From NCBI GenBank assembly GCA_041661665.1, contig JBAZTW010000007.1, positions 961 through 64,960 of the forward strand: a stretch of DNA of 64,000 nt. The letters run 5' to 3'. The notes under the pieces are model-generated. The model saw only the letters and a list, made by a program, of their open reading frames with translations, had not been told where the DNA came from and searched no databases. This document shows positions 45,948-53,467 of this stretch, in pieces. Position 1 is the stretch's first letter; every line of letters begins with the position of its first letter. This DNA comes from Phycisphaerae bacterium (GTDB lineage: Bacteria > Planctomycetota > Phycisphaerae > Sedimentisphaerales > UBA12454). A program made the position numbers and the translations under genes.

Positions 45948-46150
45948 GTCATTCCCGCGACCTGTGGCGAGATTGCCTGTCCTGAGTGCAATCGAAGGAG
46001 TCGAACCGAGGCGGGAATCTATTTCTATCCCTTTAATCCGCTGCTCGGCATTTTTTTGCTTCTTTACTTCCTTACATCCTTATTTCCTTATCTCTTTTTA
46101 TCTGTGTCCTCTGCCTGCCCTCCGCAGCTTTAGCGAAGGAGGGTGAGCTC
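45948..46150. repeat. Hairpin-word mosaic
   Basis: GTCATTCCCGCG...CGAGGCGGGAATC encloses CCTGTCCTGAGTGCAATCGAAGGAG. Then the CCTTACTT words TTGCTTCTTTACTTCCTTACATCCTTATTTCCTTATC, then the CCCTCC..GGAGGG hairpin. Confidence 0.8.
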
Positions 46151-46155
46151 TGTGG

Positions 46156-47232
46156 CTATATCAGAGAAAATTTTTCATTTTCAGACATCTCAAATATCTT
46201 TCGCAGCGTCTCCGGCATCCCTGTCTTCACGCTTAAATACGCCGCCTCAATCAACGCCATTGTGCCGAGGTCAAGCCTGCTGCTGGTTCGCAGTTTATAT
46301 TGCTTCGGCTCAAGAATCGCCCTGCCCGTATCGATAAACATCTCCGTAATACACTTTTCAGGCTTGAGCGGATATTTGTGTTCGTCAATCAGCAGGCCGG
46401 CGTTGTCGTAAATCGCAAGCCTGTTAGGCGTTACTACAATATTATTTTCCACGCCGTAAATTCTTATCGGCGCAACTGCGCCTGTGCCCGTCTGCTGCGA
46501 TGCGAGAAATGTGCCTATCAGGCCTTCCTTAAAAATCAGCGATGCGGTTACCGTGTCTTCGCCGAAAAACTGCCGGGCTTTTTTATTGCTGCTTTTGTTT
46601 GTCAGGAGAGCGTATATCTGCTGCGGCAAAAGAAAATTCGACACCACAAGACCGAGCAGCTCAAAGCAGTCGTTTATCAGCGCTCCCCCGCCGTTGAGTT
46701 TGGGATCCGCCAGCGAATCGGAAATAATCGGCTGAAAAAATTCATCCCCGAACGCCGCGCAGATATTCACAAAATAATATTGTTTTATATCGATACTTTT
46801 TAAATAATCCGCCAATCGTTCAAAACCAGGCGCGAATTTATACGGACTTGCCGTAATATATTTTACATCGTTTTTCTGCGCAAGATTTATTAGTTCAGTC
46901 GCCTGCTCAAAATTTGACGCGGTCGGAGGCAGTTTGAGAATGTGACATTTTTTGTTTATCGCCGCTCGGATATGCTCGACGCATTTATACAAAGGCTCGG
47001 CAACTATCAAAATTTCAATATTATTTTGCAGCGTGAATTGTCTGTAATCATCAAAAGCGGTGCAGTTAAACTGACGGGCGACTTTTTCGGCGGCGGCCAA
47101 ATCGCTATCCGAAACAGAAACAATTTCATAAAGCCCGGTATCCTGTGCAAGCGTAAGCAGCTGCCCCATCCCCCTGCCAAGTCCCAGACAGGCGGTTTTC
47201 AATTTGCGATTGTTTTGCTGCTCAGTCGTCAT
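46156..47232 (-). CDS. Gfo/Idh/MocA-family oxidoreductase
   Basis: N-terminal Rossmann region (LKTACLGLGRGMG ... IVSVSDSDLAAAEKVARQF) and family-typical layout; 358 aa. Confidence 0.65.
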   Translation of the reverse strand: MTTEQQNNRKLKTACLGLGRGMGQLLTLAQDTGLYEIVSVSDSDLAAAEKVARQFNCTAFDDYRQFTLQNNIEILIVAEPLYKCVEHIRAAINKKCHILKLPPTASNFEQATELINLAQKNDVKYITASPYKFAPGFERLADYLKSIDIKQYYFVNICAAFGDEFFQPIISDSLADPKLNGGGALINDCFELLGLVVSNFLLPQQIYALLTNKSSNKKARQFFGEDTVTASLIFKEGLIGTFLASQQTGTGAVAPIRIYGVENNIVVTPNRLAIYDNAGLLIDEHKYPLKPEKCITEMFIDTGRAILEPKQYKLRTSSRLDLGTMALIEAAYLSVKTGMPETLRKIFEMSENEKFSLI

Positions 47233-47269
47233 ACAAATTTATTCTTACTGATAACTGATAACTGCGTTT

Positions 47270-48529
47270 CTACTTTTTTGGTATTATAAAATGTTCCGGC
47301 ACGGGAAATTCCGAACAAAGCAGCAGCGATTCTTTGCCAATCTGCGCAATCGCTTCTTCGTTATCAATATTCTCAGCAACCCTGCTTATCAGAGAAGCGA
47401 CTATTTTCATTTGCTCTTCCTTCATTCCTCGCGTCGTAATCGCCGGCGTCCCGATTCGCAGACCGTTCGGATTAAACGGTTTTGCCGGGTCGCCTGGAAT
47501 CGTATTATAATTTGTTTCAATCCTTGCGCGGTCGAGAGCCTTTGCTAATTTTTTGCCTGGTATATTTTTATTGCGAAGGTCAATTAAAATTAAATGATTG
47601 TCTGTGCCGCCGGTGAAAAGTTTAAAACCTTTTTCCATCAGAGTTTCAGCAAGCACCTTCGCGTTTTTAACAACCTGCTTGGCGTAAGAAACAAACTCAG
47701 GCGAATCCGCCTCTTTCAATGCGACTGCAAGAGCGCTGATTGTGTGCATATGAGGCCCGCCCTGCAATCCGGGGAACACGGCTTTATCAATCGCTTCAGC
47801 CAATTCTTTTTTACATAGCAGCATTCCGCCGCGAGGTCCTCGTAATGTTTTGTGCGTAGTTGTCGAAACAACATCAGCATAAGGCACAGGACTTGGATGA
47901 ATTCCAGCTACAACAAGACCGCTGATGTGCGCGATGTCGCTAAGGTGATATGCTCCGACAGACTTTGCTATTTCGCCAAAAGTTTTGAAATCTATTATTC
48001 GCGGATATGCGCTTGCACCTGTGATAATCACTTTTGGTTTGTGCTTTTTCGCAAGCTCTTCGATTTTATCAAAATCAAATTTTCCTGTTTCTGGGTTCAC
48101 TTCATAGCTGACCGAATTATAAAATTTGCTCGTAAAACTCACCTTCCACCCATGGCTCAAATGTCCGCCGTAAGGAAGTGCCAATCCCATAATCGTGTCC
48201 CCTACCGCACAGAGCGCGCCATAAGCCGCCAGATTTGCCACAGCGCCGGAGTGAGACTGCACATTTGCATGGTCAGCCTTGAAAAGTTTAATCGCCCTTT
48301 CGAGCGCGATTGTCTCGACAAGGTCTGTTACCTGCTGGCCTTCGTAGTATCTTTTGCCGGGATAACCCTCGGCATATTTATTCGTAAGACAGCTTCCGGT
48401 AGCAGCCATAACTGCTTTAGAGACATAGTTTTCTGATGGAATCAGACGAATGCACCCGCTCTGCCTTGCTGCTTCCTGCCGCAAAAGTTCAAACATCTGC
48501 GGGTCATACTGTTCAAGTGGCGTTATCAT
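47270..48529 (-). CDS. glyA: Serine hydroxymethyltransferase
   Basis: IRLIPSENYVS, YAEGYPGKRYY, TTTHKTLRGPRGG (PLP lysine). Confidence 0.95.
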   Translation of the reverse strand: MITPLEQYDPQMFELLRQEAARQSGCIRLIPSENYVSKAVMAATGSCLTNKYAEGYPGKRYYEGQQVTDLVETIALERAIKLFKADHANVQSHSGAVANLAAYGALCAVGDTIMGLALPYGGHLSHGWKVSFTSKFYNSVSYEVNPETGKFDFDKIEELAKKHKPKVIITGASAYPRIIDFKTFGEIAKSVGAYHLSDIAHISGLVVAGIHPSPVPYADVVSTTTHKTLRGPRGGMLLCKKELAEAIDKAVFPGLQGGPHMHTISALAVALKEADSPEFVSYAKQVVKNAKVLAETLMEKGFKLFTGGTDNHLILIDLRNKNIPGKKLAKALDRARIETNYNTIPGDPAKPFNPNGLRIGTPAITTRGMKEEQMKIVASLISRVAENIDNEEAIAQIGKESLLLCSEFPVPEHFIIPKK

Positions 48530-48980
48530 ATTCTTACTCCTTAAGAAAATTAAAAAACAAAATGAAATCAGTTATCAGTAAAAACAGAATTTTATGCCAT
48601 TCACAGATAACTGATAATTGCGTTTCTGTCTAATAATTTTTCCATCAAATTTATATAGTGAATTCATTAGCGTAGTATGTTATGTACAGAACTAAATATG
48701 AAATTATGGTTAAATTATATGTTTTTAATTAACTGAACACTTAAATTCGAGTACGATTTAAAATTGAAATCGAAAACTTACCAATGGCGTTCACCTCTGT
48801 ATTTTTTAATTTTGATTTGTATTTTTGATATTTAATCTTTGCTTTTTGATTTAGCTTTTTAGCTTCTGCTTTTGTTTTCAAATTTTATTTTTACCTGCCA
48901 AACAGGCCGTTTTACGGCCTTTTCAGGCTAAAAGGGCGGTAAACCGGCATTTTTAAGCCCCAAAGCACCCTTTTTAGGCC

Positions 48981-48996
48981 TGTTCCACATGAAACA
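48981..48996. promoter_or_regulatory. parS: parS-like site (one mismatch)
   Basis: TGTTCCACATGAAACA versus the canonical TGTTNCACGTGAAACA. Confidence 0.65.
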
Positions 48997-49047
48997 TTTT
49001 TGCCCATTTGTTCTTCGTGCCTTTGCGTCTTCGTGGCTACATTCTAT

Positions 49048-49063
49048 TGTTTCACGTGAAACA
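49048..49063. promoter_or_regulatory. parS: parS site (perfect 16-bp palindrome)
   Basis: TGTTTCACGTGAAACA, 140 nt upstream of parB. Confidence 0.85.
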
Positions 49064-49202
49064 TTAAAAAAACATTGGCAAATAATAATGGTTTTGGTAC
49101 TCTGCTAAAAATTCAATTAGCTATCCACCGTTAGGTGGATTCCACAATTTTGATTTTTAATTTTTGATATTTTTACTATAAGCCTATAAGAAAGGATTTA
49201 AA

Positions 49203-50147
49203 ATGAACGCTCCAAAAAAAGATAAACCAAAACATCTCGGCAGGGGACTTGAATCTCTAATGGGTTCTATAATCAATACTGGACAGGAATTGTCCAATAA
49301 CCCTGTTGCGGAAAAGCAACATAACTTTCCTGTTGACAAGGACTTACAGAAAAATAGGGCGGAAATATCGGTAAGTGAGATTGTGCCTAATCCATTTCAG
49401 CCCCGTCAAACCTGGAACGATGACCAGCTTAAAGACCTGTCTAATTCTATAAGAGAAAATGGAATCATTCAGCCGATTATCGTTCGCCAGAAGGGGGTTA
49501 ATAAATACGAAATCATAGCAGGGGAGCGGCGGTTCAGAGCCGCTCAATTAGTGGGACTTGATAAAGTACCTGCTATGGTGAGGGAGACCACCGACACAGA
49601 AATGCTTGCACTGGCGTTGATTGAAAATATCCATCGCGCCGATTTGAACCCGATGGAAAGGGCGGGGGCATATCAGAAATTCCTCGAAACCTTCAGCCTT
49701 ACACAAGAACAGGCTGCTCAAAAACTCGGCGAAGACCGCTCGGTAATCGCCAACCATATTCGCCTGCTGAGTCTGCCGAATGAAATAAAACAAATGCTTG
49801 TTGATGGCTCTTTGAGTATGGGACACGCAAGAGCGATACTTGCATTGCCGACAGAGGACTTGAAAAAGAAACTCGCCAATCGCGCACTGGCAGGGCGGCT
49901 AAGTGTCCGCGAAGTTGAACGATTAGTTAGAATCGCTCTCACACAAAAAGACGGCAATGCCGCCAAAGCAGTCATTGAAAAGCCTGCGCACATAAAAGAC
50001 CTCGAAGCAAAAATCAGAGGCCGACTCGGCACGAACGTAAAAATCATCGCAGGCAAGAAGGGCAGCAGGGGGAAAATTATTATCGAATACTATTCGCTCG
50101 ATGAATTCGATAGTATCGCTGAAAAACTCGGCGTAAATTCTGACTAA
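49203..50147 (+). CDS. parB: Chromosome partitioning protein ParB/Spo0J
   Basis: IVPNPFQPR, GIIQPIIVR, YEIIAGERRFRAAQL, HTH region LTQEQAAQKLGEDRSVIANHIRLL. Confidence 0.92.
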   Translation: MNAPKKDKPKHLGRGLESLMGSIINTGQELSNNPVAEKQHNFPVDKDLQKNRAEISVSEIVPNPFQPRQTWNDDQLKDLSNSIRENGIIQPIIVRQKGVNKYEIIAGERRFRAAQLVGLDKVPAMVRETTDTEMLALALIENIHRADLNPMERAGAYQKFLETFSLTQEQAAQKLGEDRSVIANHIRLLSLPNEIKQMLVDGSLSMGHARAILALPTEDLKKKLANRALAGRLSVREVERLVRIALTQKDGNAAKAVIEKPAHIKDLEAKIRGRLGTNVKIIAGKKGSRGKIIIEYYSLDEFDSIAEKLGVNSD

Positions 50148-50164
50148 ATTTTTAGTTACATAGT

Positions 50165-51376
50165 TCACATAATCTGAAAAGGCAATGCGAGCGTATTTGC
50201 CCCCAATGGCAGGGCAGTATCTCCTGAATGTATCAGATAGCCTTTGTGCGAATCCGGAAAATCTTTTCTGAAAGCATCTATGCCGTCTGCCATTTTTTGT
50301 CTTGGCGTAGAAGATAGTTTTATCTCTATCGGAATACAGTTTCCATTTGCTTCGACAATAATATCAACTTCATTTCCAAAAGATGTTCGCCAGAAATAAG
50401 TATTAGGCTCCATTCCCTGATTTCTGTAATACTTTATAATTTCCAGTAAAACCGCCGCTTCAAACAAACCTCCTCCAAATGTGCCGGCTGTTATAAGCTC
50501 TCTTGTTTTGATTCCAGCCAAATAGCAAAGCGTACCGGTATCGGTTAAATAAATTTTGGGCGTTTTGACCAAACGTTTTCCTGCATTTTTATAGTAAGGC
50601 CGTAAAATTATTATTTGATAACTTGCCTCAAGAACAGACAACCACGCTTTAATGGTGTTCACCGCCAGTCCAAGTTCTCTGGACACTTCTGTCATATTGA
50701 ATAGCTGACCGTTGCGAGCGGCTATTGTTCTGATGAAAATTTGAAATTGCGTCAGGTCTCCAACCTGTCGTAGAGTTCGAAGGTCTTTTTCAAGATATGA
50801 GTGCATATAACCAGCGTGCCACAAACTCTCATCTCTGTCAGGCTCAGCATTCAGTTCAGGGTATCCCCCTCTAATCAGATACCGCCACAGAGATTCATCA
50901 GCATTTGTATTTTTGCCTGGCACAAAATTTTCATTTTCCCAGGGCATTGCGGAATTAATCCTGCCGGTAATTTCCTTAAATGATAACGGCAGAAGGCAGA
51001 GAATAGCTACTCGTCCGGCAAGCGTTTCTGATATATGCTGCGATAGTAATAAATTTTGAGAGCCTGACAAAATAAACTGTCCCTTGAGCGAACGGTTTTC
51101 GTCGATATATTCTTTGATATATGACAGCAGTTCAGGGGCATATTGAACCTCATCGAAAATCACAGGCGGTTTATAGTAGGCCAAAAAACCTCGCGGGTCT
51201 GAAACAGCGGCTGACCGAACATCGGGCAATTCAAGCGAAACATATTTATGTGTATTGGCGAAAAGTTTTTTCAGAAGAGTGGTTTTGCCGGATTGTCTCG
51301 GCCCTGTCAGGACAACAGAAGGAAACTGGATAGCCGCTTTTTCTAATGTTGGCTCCAATTGTCTATGTATATACAT
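50165..51376 (-). CDS. AAA+ ATPase with C-terminal DUF4143-like domain
   Basis: Walker A GPRQSGKTTLL and Walker B VIFDEVQYAP. The C-terminal half resembles the AAA_14/DUF4143 family. Start at MYIHRQLEP; the longest ORF reaches 51418. Confidence 0.75.
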   Translation of the reverse strand: MYIHRQLEPTLEKAAIQFPSVVLTGPRQSGKTTLLKKLFANTHKYVSLELPDVRSAAVSDPRGFLAYYKPPVIFDEVQYAPELLSYIKEYIDENRSLKGQFILSGSQNLLLSQHISETLAGRVAILCLLPLSFKEITGRINSAMPWENENFVPGKNTNADESLWRYLIRGGYPELNAEPDRDESLWHAGYMHSYLEKDLRTLRQVGDLTQFQIFIRTIAARNGQLFNMTEVSRELGLAVNTIKAWLSVLEASYQIIILRPYYKNAGKRLVKTPKIYLTDTGTLCYLAGIKTRELITAGTFGGGLFEAAVLLEIIKYYRNQGMEPNTYFWRTSFGNEVDIIVEANGNCIPIEIKLSSTPRQKMADGIDAFRKDFPDSHKGYLIHSGDTALPLGANTLALPFQIM

Positions 51377-51479
51377 TTTTGCACTCCATTTTCTTGCAAT
51401 TATGCATTTAAAATGCACAATTGCAAGCGTTTTTTTGGATATTATGATGAAATGTGGGATTGTATGCGTTTTCAGTATT

Positions 51480-51521
51480 AAAAATGCGGTTTTTTGAAAA
51501 ATTTTTATTTTACCTGTAACA
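51480..51521 (+). repeat. Shared ~42-nt upstream module, copy 1
   Basis: AAAAATGCGGTTTTTTGAAAAATTTTTATTTTACCTGTAACA. It is roughly 80% identical to 52069-52108 by eye. Confidence 0.65.
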
Positions 51522-51608
51522 CAAACATAATTTTTATACCTATATAAAGTAGCGATAAAATGTTTTGCTATGCTGTGTGTATTTGGACGTTTTTGAAAGG
51601 ATTATATT

Positions 51609-51992
51609 ATGTGCATAGCGTTTCTTGTTAAAATTATAGGAATTGTGATTTTTGCCTTCGGCTTGGGCGGAGTTGTCAAGAGCAGCAATTTCAAAAAAAT
51701 GCTGAAATCCTTTTCCGCCAGTTTTGCTGATATTTACATTGTCGGCATCTTGTACATCATTACCGGTTTTTCCCTGCGGGGGACAAAAATGCCTTTGCTG
51801 ATGCAAATCTTCGGCTGGGCATTGCTTGTCAAAGGAACAATAATGCTCGTTCTGCCGGAGACGGTTTCTAAAATTATGGACAGGATGGCAGACTCTGCTA
51901 CGATTGTAAAAATATACCCCTGGATACTTTTAGTTACCGGCATTGTGCTAATATATTTAGGGTTTTTTGTCTGCATCTGCACCTGCCGCTAA
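51609..51992 (+). CDS. Small four-TM membrane protein (hypothetical)
   Basis: 127 aa with four hydrophobic helices. No family recognised. Confidence 0.5.
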   Translation: MCIAFLVKIIGIVIFAFGLGGVVKSSNFKKMLKSFSASFADIYIVGILYIITGFSLRGTKMPLLMQIFGWALLVKGTIMLVLPETVSKIMDRMADSATIVKIYPWILLVTGIVLIYLGFFVCICTCR

Positions 51993-52068
51993 TTTCAAAA
52001 ATTTTTGCAATCCCGACAGTTTCCAAAGGCTGACTTTAAAATCGGCTTTTTTCCGTATTTTAACCCCC

Positions 52069-52108
52069 AAAAACGCGGTTTTATAAAAAAATTATTTTCC
52101 CTGTAACA
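52069..52108 (+). repeat. Shared ~42-nt upstream module, copy 2
   Basis: AAAAACGCGGTTTTATAAAAAAATTATTTTCCCTGTAACA, followed by CTCTGTG words (52141-52207) and the next gene. Confidence 0.65.
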
Positions 52109-52236
52109 TAATTGCGAAATGGTCGTCTATAAGTTAGATTTTTCTCTGTGTCTTTGTGATTTTGTGGCTAAAATGATGCCTCTGTGAACTCTGTGTTCTC
52201 TGTGGCCAAAAACGATAACTTTTGTGGAGATTTAAA

Positions 52237-53205
52237 ATGAAAACAGCAAAAATTTTAACAATCCTTGCAATCACAGCAATCATTTCGGCAGCCTGTTTGG
52301 CCGAAGCGGAAAAAGTCGATTTGAAGCTCCGCCTCAAAGCCGGCGATTCGCACGAAATGAAAATGTCGCAGACCCAAAACATCACGCAATCTATCAACGG
52401 TCAGGAAATGAAAATGACCCAGGTAATGGAAATGCTCTTCGGCCTCGATTGCAAAAGCGTCGATGCCAACGGTATAATGTTCGTCGAGATGACCTATAAA
52501 GCCGTGAAGATGACGATGGACGGCATGGGGCAAAAAATGGATTTCGACTCTGCCAATCCCAAACCTGCTGACCCCAACAAACCCCAGGAAAAAATGATGG
52601 CAGCTATATTTTCGGCTATGGTAGGCTGTAAATTCGGTATGAACGTAAGCCCGACCGGCGAAACTGCCGGCGTTAGCGGCGTAAAAGAAATGATGACGAA
52701 AATGAGAGAAAAAATGGGAGACTCAAACGAAGCAAAAATGATTGATGCTCTTTTGGGTAAAATGTTCGACGAAAAAGAAATGAAAAATATGGCCGGCAGT
52801 TTAATGGTTGTCTTTCCAAAAGCTCCCGCCGCTGTCGGCGACACCTGGTACGACACTATGAGTATGAATATTATGGTGCCGATTGATGTTGAAACGACTT
52901 ATATTTTCAAGAGCCGAAAAGATGGAATCGCTTACATTGATGCCGTCGCAAAAATGGATATGGGCGATGCCGCGAAACCGATTGAAATGGGCCCCGCAAA
53001 AATGTCGATGCAATTAGCAGGCACAATGAACGCAAAAAATCAGGTTGACGAAAAAACCGGCTTAGTTAAGAAAAGCGAAGCAACTATGAATTTCTCCGGC
53101 ATAGTCAAAATGCAGGGGCAGGGCGAACCGAATACACCAATGGCACAGGGTATGAATATTCCGATGACAATGACCGGCACCGCAACAGTCGAACTAATTA
53201 AATAA
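52237..53205 (+). CDS. Secreted methionine-rich protein (hypothetical)
   Basis: Signal peptide MKTAKILTILAITAIISAACLA. About 40 Met by manual count in ~320 aa, mostly as KM/EM/MxM. GGAG SD lies before ATG 52237. Confidence 0.6.
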   Translation: MKTAKILTILAITAIISAACLAEAEKVDLKLRLKAGDSHEMKMSQTQNITQSINGQEMKMTQVMEMLFGLDCKSVDANGIMFVEMTYKAVKMTMDGMGQKMDFDSANPKPADPNKPQEKMMAAIFSAMVGCKFGMNVSPTGETAGVSGVKEMMTKMREKMGDSNEAKMIDALLGKMFDEKEMKNMAGSLMVVFPKAPAAVGDTWYDTMSMNIMVPIDVETTYIFKSRKDGIAYIDAVAKMDMGDAAKPIEMGPAKMSMQLAGTMNAKNQVDEKTGLVKKSEATMNFSGIVKMQGQGEPNTPMAQGMNIPMTMTGTATVELIK

Positions 53206-53219
53206 AAAACGTCAGTTAG

Positions 53220-53244
53220 CCCCCAACTTTATGTTGGGGGTTTT
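53220..53244 (+). terminator. Rho-independent terminator formed by a CCCCC..GGGGG word
   Basis: CCCCCAAC-tttat-GTTGGGGG followed by TTTT. Confidence 0.7.
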
Positions 53245-53301
53245 GTCATTGCGAGGCCGCCGAGGCCGCGGCAATCTATGAAAAAAAATGTTGCTGCTCC
53301 T

Positions 53302-53467
53302 GTTCCTAATGCGTTGCCGCTGCTAAGGCTGTCTGCTTCTTCGCGACTGGCAGTTTTGTAGGGTGGGCTCTTCCTGTCCGCCATAGCCGGTTTCTTCGCA
53401 GCCTTGCGAAGTAGAATGGCGACGGCGGAAGCCCACGCGGTTCCTAATGTGCTGCCGCAGATGCTAA
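53302..53467. repeat. Three-level nested hairpin element bracketed by imperfect ~25-nt direct repeats
   Basis: GTTCCTAATGCGTTGCCGCTGCTAA (53302-53326) and GTTCCTAATGTGCTGCCGCAGATGCTAA (53440-53467) are the direct repeats. They flank GTAGGGTGGGC...GCCCACGCGG, whose loop holds TTCCTGTCCGCCAT..ATGGCGACGGCGGAA and CTTCGCA-gcc-TGCGAAG. Confidence 0.7.

Noticed and set aside
48640-49200. Chromosomal replication origin (AT-rich spacer next to parS/parB).
   Set aside because: I could not find a cluster of good DnaA boxes (TTATCCACA). The best matches (CTATCCACC, GATTCCACA, TGTTCCACA) have 2-3 mismatches or are part of parS or the repeat cores. dnaA/dnaN are not in the window.
50165-51376. The AAA+/DUF4143 ATPase as a stand-alone defence gene.
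   Set aside because: It is a single gene without a nuclease or other partner. Its base composition is similar to the neighbouring genes by eye, and the family is very widespread with unknown role. There is not enough evidence to call a system.
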